Source of the DNA: Piromyces finnis finn
Taxonomy: Eukaryota > Fungi > Neocallimastigomycota
Assembly (NCBI GenBank): GCA_002104945.1
Contig: MCFH01000105.1
Span: 1-53,689, forward strand
DNA: 53,689 bases
Direction: 5' to 3'
Shown: piece after piece, positions 11,206-21,519 of the stretch
Layout of the letters: each line of letters opens with the position of its first letter
Position numbering within the stretch: the first letter of the stretch is position 1
The notes under the pieces: model-generated
The model's input: the letters and a program-made list of their open reading frames with translations, nothing else
Database searches by the model: none
Told to the model about the DNA's origin: nothing
Position numbers and translations under genes: made by a program

Positions 11206-11924
11206 TGTAAAATACTAATCTTAAAACAGATTATATATTTAACAATAAAACAACTAAACACGAAAACAAAAAAATAAAAGAATATTTTTTTCACAAATTA
11301 TTACTTTTACTAATTATCAAAATTTAAAATAGCAATTACATTGATTTAACAAACAAAAATTACATGTATTTATATTTTTTCATAATTATATTCCAATATA
11401 TTATGCTATTTAAATAAACATATATTTAATATAAAATAAACAAAACTAATCTAATTAAATAATAAAATAGCAAAATTAAACTAAAACTAATTCAGTATAC
11501 TTTTAATTCAATTTGAGTAAACTCAAAATTGAATAAAGCCCATGTATTATCTATAAATTAATTTAATATTATCAATACTATTATTAATATATTTCCTATT
11601 TAAATATAATCAAATCTATTTTTAAACTAAGTTAAAATTATTAAGCTATTCTAAATTTAAATAAAAAAGATCTAAGTATTTAAAAAATATTTTAATTATT
11701 TAAAATATTTGAAATATTTAAATTTAATTAAAATTCTTTTATTCCTTAAATTTAAATATTTATCTTAATTTAAATTTAACGGAATTTATTATAAAATAAT
11801 TTATTATTAAATTATTCCATAAAATTTATTCAAAAATTTTATAATTAATTTTACTAAATATTAATTTATTATTTAATAATTAATAATTAATTATTAAATA
11901 ATCTAAAGATATATTATATCTACA
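11206..11924 (-). mobile_element. Solo LTR family T, inside the copia integrase
   Basis: TGTAAAATAC...ATCTACA with TSD ATTTT. Homologous to 23952-24740 (inverted). Strand inferred from similarity to family D. Confidence 0.85.
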
Positions 11925-11964
11925 ATTTTATTGTCTTTTTAGATGATTATTCAACATATGGATG

Positions 11965-12579
11965 TGTAAAGATATCAAACGCCACAAATTGATATCTTTA
12001 ATGTAACTTAAGCCATAAATATTATTGTTTAAGTTACACGAAATATATTACAGAAAAGGAAAATAAGACATAATTTATTTATTAATAATTAAAGTTTAAA
12101 ACAAAATAAATTAATTTATTTTTAATGTTTAACAAATAAATTAAATTTTTCAATTCAAACTCCTAGTTTTAGTATTGTTTTGTAATAGAAATAGATATAT
12201 AGTATATAATTATTAAATGATTAATATATCAATAATACATGGGCACATATTCAAATTGAATAGTACTTAATTTGAATTGCCAATTGTATTTTACTAAAAA
12301 TAGTTATAGTTTAAATATTTATTAATAATTAAGATTTTAGTGTAGATTTTAAATAATAATACATAAGAAATAAATAGTTATAATATAATATAATATAAAT
12401 GTATTTAGGAAAAATATAAATAGAAGATATTTTTCATCATTTTATCGATGTAATTGTTATTATTAAAAATTCTATTATAATAAAAGACATTTTTTTAAAA
12501 ACAATTTTATTTATTTTAAATTTAGTGTTATTGTAATAGAATAGATATCCTAATCTATTCTTTCTGTGTTTATATTACA
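11965..12579 (+). mobile_element. Diverged solo LTR family D, inside the copia integrase
   Basis: Reverse complement of 13111-13716 with substitutions. TSD GGATG. Removal restores YGW|VFF. Confidence 0.88.
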
Positions 12580-13752
12580 GGATGGGTATTTTTATAAAAA
12601 ATAAAAGTGATGTGTTTAACTCGTTTAAAACATGATATAATAAAGTTACCAATGAGTTCAAAAGAAATATCATATATTTAAGAAGTGATAATGGTACAGA
12701 ACATAAATCATTAAATTTTAAAAAATTTTTGTGATACTCATAGTATCATACAATAATTTACTGTACCATATAATCCACAACAAAATGAACGCGCTGAAAG
12801 GTTTAATGGAGTTTTAATCCATGTAGATACCACTATGTTACAAGATGCCAAATTATGTAGAAGGTTCTGGGAAGATGCAGTTAGGACTGCTAATTATATT
12901 CACAATAGGCTACCTCATAATGGTAATGATTTAAAAGTACCTTATGAAATGTTATATAAAAACTCAGTGGACTACAGCCAACAAATTTCGTGTTTTTTGT
13001 TGTAAAGTGTTACATCTTAAAAGTAATACAGAAAAACATAAATATGAAAGTACATCTCTACCTGGTATCTTTATTGGCTATGATGACATCTTTACTGGAT
13101 TTAGAATTTCTGTAAAGTCAGACACTAAACCGAATAGATTAGGATATCTAACCTATTACAATAACACAAAAATTTGAGAAATAAAATAAAAAATTGTTTT
13201 ATAAAATATCTTTTATTATAATAGAATTTTAATAATAACAATTACATCGATAAAATGATGAAAAATATCTTCTATTTATATTTTTCCTAAATACATTTAT
13301 ATTATATTATAACTATTTATTTCTTATATATTATTATTTAAAATCTACACTAAAATCTTAATTATTAATAAATATTTAAACTATAACTATTTTTAGTAAA
13401 ATACAATTGGCAATTCAAATTAAGTACCATTTAATTTGAATATGTGCCCATGTATTATTGATATATTAATCATTTATTATTTATCTATTTCTATAAAAAA
13501 ACAATACTAAAACTAGGGATTTAAATTGAGAATATTAATTTACTTGTTAAACATTAAAAATAAATTAATAATTTATTTTGTTTTAAACTTTAATTATTAA
13601 TAAATAAATTATGTCTCATTTTCTTTTTCTGAATATAATTTGTGTAACTTAAACAATAATACTTGTGGCTTAAGTTACATTAAAGATATCAAACAGAGGC
13701 GTTTGATGTCTTTACAATCTCTCTCTCTAAGTCGAGCTCCTGCGAGATTAAT

Positions 13753-14112
13753 TTATAAGGAATCTTTTCTCGAAGGAATTTCAATTACAAATGGTTGGTA
13801 TCTGTGCTTGATTAGATTACCACCTTTATTCTTTCTTATTCTCATGGAGGAGTCATTCAACTTATGTTTTGACTTTTTAGAGTTTCTTTCGAACTCTTGT
13901 ATTAATTGTTTGTCCGGGATCTGATCTTCAGAAACCCAAGTGGATTTGTCAAATCCTTTCCACGATAACTTATAAAATGTCTCACCATTAACAGATTTCA
14001 TCTTCTCAATTTTTTCTGGAATTTTTTCAATTAAATCTGTGCTAAGATGAATATTTCTTTTCCTACTATTAGACCTATCTATAAACTCGTTTTCAAAGTA
14101 TGGTTCTAACAA
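13753..14112 (-). CDS. Integrase tail plus chromodomain of element 2
   Basis: LLEPY (end of GPY/F module), then FYKLSWKGFDKSTWVSEDQI...LIQEFE, a chromodomain-like motif. Confidence 0.75.
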   Translation of the reverse strand: MLEPYFENEFIDRSNSRKRNIHLSTDLIEKIPEKIEKMKSVNGETFYKLSWKGFDKSTWVSEDQIPDKQLIQEFERNSKKSKHKLNDSSMRIRKNKGGNLIKHRYQPFVIEIPSRKDSL

Positions 14113-15550
14113 GGCGGCCTTTAATATACTCCTTTTCTTCAGGGTTTTTTAAAGGGGCTGTAGAGACAGATTTTACTGTTTTAGTTAAACTTCGGTCAAG
14201 AACATCATGATCTAGCTGGCTTTTTTGAGACTTCTTTCTTTGCTTCCTTCTTCTTTTACCTTGGTTACAGTGTCTAGCACAATAACCGGAACTAAAAGCA
14301 ATTTTCTTAGGATCATAAAAAGCTTCAGGATTATGCTTTTTGATCCAAGGTAACCCAAGAATAACATCAACTCCAGGAACCTTTAAGCTATACAGCTGAA
14401 TAACTTCATAATGGTTCCTATATCTTAGCATACATTTCTCCGACTTTTCCCAGACTCTGGAAATTCCATCATTGACTCCGGAAACACGGAATGGGTCAAT
14501 ATTCTCAAATTTAATGCCAAGATCCTCAGCAATATCCGGGTTAATAAAATTTAACTCGGAACCAGAATCAATCAACACCTTGATTTTTGCTTCGGGGACC
14601 TCGTTAGTACTTAAATAAAAGTCAATAAAATTCAAATCATCTTTTTTGTCCATTACTCCTACTTTATAAATTTTCGGTTCAACAATCTTAGGAGTTTTTT
14701 CTTTAATTATTCTAAAAACCTTCTTGGGTTTTACTCTATTTGGACAATTAAATTTAAAATGTCCAGGTTTTTTACACAAAAAACAAACCCCCTTTCTCCT
14801 TTCTTCTTCAAACGTTCTTGGGCTCTCATCATAATTATTACTAGTTCCTTGAATATTTACATAACGTTTACGCTTCTTATCAGCACTAATTCTAAAAACG
14901 TCAACATCCATAGGATCATTAGCCCTTCTATTATTAAAATAAAACTCACTCAAAGAATTCCTTTTCATCATATCTTCAACTAATATTGTTGAGGATATTA
15001 AATGTTCCATAGATGACGGGTTTGTTTCGACAAACGCCAATTTCTCTCTAAGTAATGGATTTAAACCTTTCAGAAACATATAGATCTTAGCACTTTCGTT
15101 AAAGTTGGAATTTTGGCTAACTCGTTGAAACTCGGTGATATAATCAACTACTTGACCAAGTTTTCTTTGTCTAATGTTATCGAGTTTACCGTTTGCAACA
15201 ACAGTGTCATATCGATCACTACCGAAATTAGCTCTGAGGCGATCTATAAATTCATCATAATGGTTCAATACATTACTATTATTCCTCATAAGCGATGATG
15301 CCCATTCCAGGGGTCTACCAGAGAAGTAGGAAATAACGAAATCAACCCGGACGCGATCTGTATTGTACAGTGCCGGTCGAGTTCGAAATACCAATTCTAC
15401 TCTAGTTAAAAACCCATCTAAATCTCTATGTCTACCAGTAAACAACGGAGGAGCATTGATAATGTTCCCTGGATTTACTGTAGAACCACCACCTCTTTCT
15501 TCCATTTCTTCTAAATTTAAATTATCAAAAGTATTAATTAATTCCTCCAA
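14093..15550 (-). CDS. gag: Gag (capsid, CCHC knuckle) plus aspartic protease of element 2
   Basis: PPLFTG..RDLDGFL, DPMDVD, CFLCKKPGHFKFNC, VLIDSGS, VILGLPW. Confidence 0.93.
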   Translation of the reverse strand: MEELINTFDNLNLEEMEERGGGSTVNPGNIINAPPLFTGRHRDLDGFLTRVELVFRTRPALYNTDRVRVDFVISYFSGRPLEWASSLMRNNSNVLNHYDEFIDRLRANFGSDRYDTVVANGKLDNIRQRKLGQVVDYITEFQRVSQNSNFNESAKIYMFLKGLNPLLREKLAFVETNPSSMEHLISSTILVEDMMKRNSLSEFYFNNRRANDPMDVDVFRISADKKRKRYVNIQGTSNNYDESPRTFEEERRKGVCFLCKKPGHFKFNCPNRVKPKKVFRIIKEKTPKIVEPKIYKVGVMDKKDDLNFIDFYLSTNEVPEAKIKVLIDSGSELNFINPDIAEDLGIKFENIDPFRVSGVNDGISRVWEKSEKCMLRYRNHYEVIQLYSLKVPGVDVILGLPWIKKHNPEAFYDPKKIAFSSGYCARHCNQGKRRRKQRKKSQKSQLDHDVLDRSLTKTVKSVSTAPLKNPEEKEYIKGRLVRTIL

Positions 15551-15623
15551 CTCTAATACAAAAACACATAAAATTAAAATTAAGTAAAATAACGAGGGTT
15601 TCTTACTATTATTTCAAGTAAGT

Positions 15624-15665
<42 letters not shown>

Positions 15666-16041
15666 CGTCTTCTAACAATAAGTTAATAAGTTATTACAGA
15701 CTCTCTCTGTATAATTACAGTGTCGAACAAGTTATTAACTAATGTTAATTCCAAACTTCAGCCGTAGTAATAGTCCTTTTCAAATACGAATTATTCGGTG
15801 AAGCGTTCCGATTGATTAAAGTATTCTTGTAGTCCGGTAGAATATCCCAAAGTTCTTGATAATCTTCCTTAGGTAGCCTTAGCAAAATATTCAAAAATTT
15901 CTTCTATTTCTTCAAGTAGAGTTTTCCAAAAAGTTCTTATATTTCTTCTAGTAGAATTCTTCTATTTGTCCTAGTAGAATCTTCCCAAAAGTTCTTCTAT
16001 TTCTTCTTGATACCCTAACGTATTCGTAACTATCTGTTTAG

Positions 16042-16052
16042 GTAATTGTTAT
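16042..16052 (-). promoter_or_regulatory. Self-priming PBS of element 2 (11 nt)
   Basis: ATAACAATTAC abuts the 5' LTR and is complementary to LTR positions 16177-16187. Confidence 0.8.
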
Positions 16053-17028
16053 TGTAAAGTCAGACACTAAACCGAATAGATTAGGATATCTAACCTATTA
16101 CAATAACACAAAAATTTGAGAAATAAAATAAAAAATTGTTTTATAAAATATCTTTTATTATAATAGAATTTTAATAATAACAATTACATCGATAAAATGA
16201 TGAAAAATATCTTCTATTTATATTTTTCCTAAATACATTTATATTATATTATAACTATTTATTTCTTATATATTATTATTTAAAATCTACACTAAAATCT
16301 TAATTATTAATAAATATTTAAACTATAACTATTTTTAGTAAAATACAATTGGCAATTCAAATTAAGTACCATTTAATTTGAATATGTGCCCATGTATTAT
16401 TGATATATTAATCATTTATTATTTATCTATTTCTATAAAAAAACAATACTAAAACTAGGGATTTAAATTGAGAATATTAATTTACTTGTTAAACATTAAA
16501 AATAAATTAATAATTTATTTTGTTTTAAACTTTAATTATTAATAAATAAATTATGTCTCATTTTCTTTTTCTGAATATAATTTGTGTAACTTAAACAATA
16601 ATACTTGTGGCTTAAGTTACATTAAAGATATCAAACAGAGGCGTTTGATGTCTTTACAATTTCTGACTTAAATTCATTTAAAATTGTCATCAAAAGAGTT
16701 GTAGAATTTCTCGAAGACCAATTAGATAATTTTATCTTTGATGATAATGTCAAAAATGTCAATTTCATTAATTATGATTCACTAATCCATGAAATGGAGG
16801 GGGACGATAACGAAAGTCTTCAACAGGACATAGAAATTGACATATCATCAAACAATAATAACATTATTATTTCAAATAATTTAAATAAAATAAATTATAA
16901 GACCAATAATAATTATATCGACATTAACAATAATAATAATAATAATAATATAGAAAATTATATTAATGATAATTAAATGAAAATAATATTTTAAATAAAA
17001 ATAATACCATTAAGAAAATTTTATTTTT

Positions 17029-17110
17029 CGTCAGCTGCAGGGTTTGAACCTGCGCGGGCAAAGCCCATCAGATTTCAAGTCTGACTCCTTAACCACTCGG
17101 ACAAACTGAC
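17029..17110 (-). tRNA. tRNA-Ser(TGA)
   Basis: GTCAGTT...AGCTGAC-G acceptor stem, TCAGA-CT-TGA-AA-TCTGA anticodon arm, long variable arm, T-loop TTCAAAC, T-run downstream. Confidence 0.95.
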
Positions 17111-17126
17111 ATTTCATTATTTTTTG

Positions 17127-17957
17127 TGTAAGAATTAATAATTATTTTTTGTATAAATTAATTCTTATTTAATTATTTTTTAATTATTAAATTAATTATT
17201 TATTTAAACTATTAGCATACATTCATTTAAATTACTATAAACATTTATCTATATTGATATTAATTATTCATTTACTTAATTTAAAATTTATTTAATTACT
17301 ATATTAATTATTTATTTATTTAATTTAGTAATATATTTAAAATAATAGTAAACATTCATTTATTTTTTAATTAATAATTTTTGTATTACATTTTATAAGA
17401 AACATTATATATTTTATTTTACGTTTGTATTTTATATTTATGTATCGTATCTTGAAATAACTTATAGAAACAATTAGAAAATATAAATACATATTAGGAC
17501 AATCGGATATTAAGGTTTTTCCGAATTTTAATCGGTTTTACTTAATATTACGATGATTGATATATTAGTTATCAATCGAATATCTTTTTAGGTTTTTCTT
17601 CTAGTCTTTTCCTAAAAAGATTATTTGTTAAGATTAGAAATTCTTTATTAAACTTTAAATTATCAAAAAATTATAAATATAAGGACTCTGGAATTCCACT
17701 AAAGAATCCAGAGTTATTATTTTAAGACAATTATAATAAATAACCCTTTCAAAAACTATATTCATAAAAAATATTTACATTAAAGATAGTCTTAATATTT
17801 TGTGTTTGTTATTATAATTCACTTATAATAAACTCTTTAAGATAAGTATTCATTTTTATTTACTATTAAGAAACTTCTCAATTTAATAATACATATTACG
17901 ATTTGTATTATTATATTGTAGATAATAATTATTATTAAATATATAATAATTATTACA
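17127..17957 (+). mobile_element. Solo LTR family A, copy 1, 16 bp upstream of tRNA-Ser
   Basis: TGTAAGAATT...TATTACA. TSD TTTTG; the right copy includes the TG of the next LTR. Homologues at 28312 and 41378. Confidence 0.9.
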
Positions 17958-17960
17958 TTT

Positions 17961-18582
17961 TGTCACAATAACATATATAAAAATTTAAAAAATTTGGACA
18001 CATGGAAAAAATTAAAAATTTTTTCAAAATTTGAAAATTTGAAAATTTGAAAAAATTTATTTTTTAAATTTTTATTAAAAAATTTCAAAGTATAAAATTT
18101 CTAATATTTGAAATTATTAAATTTTTTAAAATTTTTAAAATTTTATTATTAAAAATTTTAATTTAAATTTATTTATTAACTATTTACAATAATTATATTA
18201 ATTATTAATTTATAAAAATTAAATATTTTATAATTAGATAATAATTAATTAAAATTAAAAAATGTAATAATTAAAATTGTTCATGTATAAAAAGAACAAA
18301 AATTGACAAAAATTACGAAGCTTTAGCGTTAGTAATTTTTTAACTTAAAGTTAATAAAATTTATAAACTCCTATAAAACCTAAAACTTTAAAAATTTTAA
18401 TATTTTTAATAACTTAATATATGCTGATATTAAGTTATTGCTAAAATAAAAATATTATTTAATTTTCTTTATATAAATATTATTAGCTTTACGCCTTCAA
18501 TAGGAAAGCGTATTATATTTGTTAATTAATATAACTAGTGTGCTTACCACACTTTTCTTTAATAAAAAATCGCTTTTTGACA
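17961..18582. mobile_element. Solo LTR family B, copy 2
   Basis: Near-identical to 7467-9297 without its insert. Followed by TTTTT (TSD). Confidence 0.92.
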
Positions 18583-18602
18583 TTTTTGTGATACGTTACC
18601 TC

Positions 18603-19487
18603 TGTAAAATATTCTATTCTAAGTTCAGGTTTGTATACACTAAATCAAACTAACACTAGTTATAAATTTATTTATTATTAAACTTTATTTATTTATTAAA
18701 TTATATTAAACTAAACTAAACTAAAACAACCGTTGATTACTTTACCGTGAAGGTTATTTTACCAGAGCCCTCACTAGGTAATCAATTATTAATTAAAGCT
18801 AAACTAATTATTAACTAATGTTAATTTATCTAAACTAAATTAACCTATACCACTAACTATACGATTTTCCAACTATCGTTTCAATAGTTGACAAATTTTC
18901 TTTATTTATACTTTTTAAATAAATTGAATAAATTCTAATATACATGTTTTAATATTATAATTTTACATTGTTTACATTTATGCATTTATTAAAAGAAATT
19001 ATTTGTATTAAACTATTTAAATTCAATTTATTTACTAAAGAATTTTCTAAACTTAAAATAAAGTTTTGATTTAATTACTATATGGTTGATTATATTTCAA
19101 ACATATATTTAATTTATTTATTTCTAATTTTGAGGCTTAGTTTATAAAAAAAATTTTTTCTTATCTAAAATATTTATTGGTTGAAATTTATTTAATTTAA
19201 AAATTTTATTTTATCATCAAAAACTTTATCTTATCATAAAATTAGATTTACATAAATTTATGTTAATGTATTGTAATACATTATTTTATCGTAACTTTAG
19301 ATTTCACATAGATTTATGTTAATGTATTGTGATACATTATTTTATCGTAACTTTAGATTTCACATAGATTTATGTTAATGTATTGTGATATAAATTTTGT
19401 AAAGATTTACGGTACATTAATTCAATACATTGTACATTATTTTAAATACGTATTAAATACATTATTCTATTAATACAATATTTTACA
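18603..19487. mobile_element. Solo LTR family F, copy 1, in the 5' LTR of element 3
   Basis: TGTAAAATATT...AATATTTTACA (11-bp terminal inverted repeat) with TSD ACCTC. Confidence 0.92.
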
Positions 19488-20037
19488 ACCTCTATAAAAA
19501 TAAGAAATTAGCATAAATTCTAGGTAAAAAGTAATTTAGGTTAGAAAATAGTAATAATATAATATTGTAGAATAAATTATTAATGTACATTAATGTACAT
19601 AGTCAATAATAGTAATAATAATTCTAATAATATAGCGGAGTTATAGGAAAAATGATATAAAAATAGTATAAAAAGAACAAAGAGAAAAAAAAAAAAAAAG
19701 GAATAATTAGTTGAGAAGAATATTTTGGAAGAGAATTATTTAAAGGAGTTAAATAATTCTATTAGGTTATATTATTTGTTCTTAAATATAAATTATTCTT
19801 ATTCTTTTAATTGTAAAAAACCTTTCATTCATTAATTATAAATAAAGATTGAAGATATAACAAAAATATTATATAAATTACATGTTTCTTTCTTTCTATT
19901 TTACTTATTAAAAGTATTGAAATTGTTATTATTAATTTCCTTTATTAGAATATATTATTTTATAATTCCCTATTTGCTTTGTCCTAAAATAAATAAATTA
20001 TTTTGTGGTACTTTATGAAAATATTGTATCATAATTT

Positions 20038-20054
20038 TGGTGGAGAATCCGGGC
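20038..20054 (+). promoter_or_regulatory. Primer-binding site, tRNA-Ala type
   Basis: TGGTGGAGAATCCGGGC, matching the complement of eukaryotic tRNA-Ala 3' ends (...GCCCG(C/G)ATTCTCCACCA). Lies 6 nt after the LTR. Confidence 0.85.
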
Positions 20055-20378
20055 GAAGCAAAATAAAATAATATGAAAATAATAAAGAAAAAGAATTATA
20101 ATAGTTCCGTAATACTTTATTTAATTTAAATATTAATATTAATTTTATAAGTTTAATTATCTTTATATATATATTTTAACACTTACTTTATAAAAAAAAA
20201 AAAAAAATTTCTTAAGTAATCTCATTATAAATAATTATAATTTTTTGTTTAATTACTTTTTATTATATAAAAAAATAATACACATACATATATATTTATA
20301 ACAATAATATAAAAAAAAAAAAAAAAAAAAGAAAATTTAAATAAGCATATAATTGAAATTTGTTTTTTTTCTTCAAGT

Positions 20379-21493
20379 ATGTTTGACGCTATCAAATTAC
20401 AGAGAGCTTTACCTCTTCTTATAAATTATGGGAGAGATGTTGAAAGCTGGATCTCTGATTTTAAAAGAATCATGAATCTTCATGATATTGTGGAACTAAG
20501 GAGAATATTTACTTGGTCTAAGGAAGCTGTTGAAGAAGATATTCAGGGAATGTTGGATACTTTAGTTAAAGAAGATAATAATGGAACATTAACATATCCA
20601 ACTTTAAATGAAATAAAAAAGGCTATTGAGAAACACTTAAAAATAACTGATTCAGATAAATGTTCTATATTAAAAACCTTAAGAATTAATAATGAAGAAA
20701 CCATTAAAAAGTTTAATTTTAAATATATGAAGTTATATGAAAACTTGAATGAAGATTATAAAAAATTAATTGTTGTTAAAGATTACACTAACTCAATTAA
20801 TACTCGAGTTTTTCCTTGCTCAAGAGTTATGACAGCCCAATGTCAAACTTTGGAAGATGCTTTTAAAGTGGCTGAAATTGCTGAAGAAACTGAAAAAGAA
20901 ATAATGAATGGAACGATGCAAGTAAATATGAATTCAGGTCATAATGTAATGTTCACACAATCCTCTATTAATAATTATAATAACCCGTTATTGAATCATC
21001 CGATTTATGGAAACTTTCAGGTAGCCCAAACATATACTGGTGGTAATTCAATGAGTTATAATCCAAACCCTTATAATACTTCAAATCAAAACAATTATGG
21101 TTATAATTATAAAAGATATGGAAATAATGGTGGAAATAATTATTATAAAAAAATAATAATCTAATTCACAATACTAGATATGGACAATCCAATGTTATGA
21201 TGATTGGAAATAATTCATCATATAATAATTCAACTAATCCATATACCAATAATAATCAAATAGGAAACTCAAACTTCAATAACAAAAATAGCCACAAATT
21301 CAACAATTATCAAAATGGAAATAACCAACCCAATAATACCCACAATAATAATAATTCTTTCACTAAAGGAAACAAAGATATAATTTGTTTTAAGTGCAAT
21401 CAATTAGGTCATAAGTCTCACAATTGCCCTTACAGTTATGAACAATTATTTGAAATGGAAAAGAAAGGAATGTTAAAGAAGCCTTTAAACTAA
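20379..21493 (+). CDS. gag: Gag of element 3 (one frame break near the A-run at ~21150; CCHC knuckle in the second part)
   Basis: ORFs 20379-21164 and 21197-21493. CFKCNQLGHKSHNC. Confidence 0.85.
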
Positions 21494-21519
21494 TTAGTGG
21501 AAGAAGGACAACTTCCATT
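21484..21519 (+). promoter_or_regulatory. Putative -1 programmed ribosomal frameshift signal
   Basis: T-TTA-AAC in the gag frame just before TAA, a 5-nt spacer, then stem AGTGGAAG/CTTCCATT. The -1 frame is open into the pol ORF. Confidence 0.75.

Larger units (their letters stand above)
13111..16658 (-). mobile_element. Element 2: internally deleted chromovirus-like LTR element (Gag-protease plus chromodomain, no RT/RH/IN core)
   Basis: Two 606-bp LTRs (13111-13716, 16053-16658), apparently identical. TSD ATTTC. PPT AGAGAGAGAGAT (13717-13728). Self-priming PBS. Confidence 0.93.
9906..16970 (+). pseudogene. Decayed Ty1/copia internal region (gag, protease, GAG-pre-integrase, integrase; no RT), interrupted by three insertions
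   Basis: Gag-like ELNKENFQA*QIKV..L..CGLEEYI; protease WMLDSGASVHL; HRRLGH; IVFLDDYS.YGWVFFIK; AERFN; FWEDAV.TANYI.NRLP; GYDD..TGFRIS|DLNSFKIV joins across element 2. Many stops and frameshifts. Confidence 0.9.

Noticed and set aside
16794-16976. GAGGGGGAC as a copia PPT followed by a 3' LTR, and the 60-aa ORF as a gene
   Set aside because: No TG start or match to 9385-9902 follows. It reads as the low-complexity linker after copia integrase.
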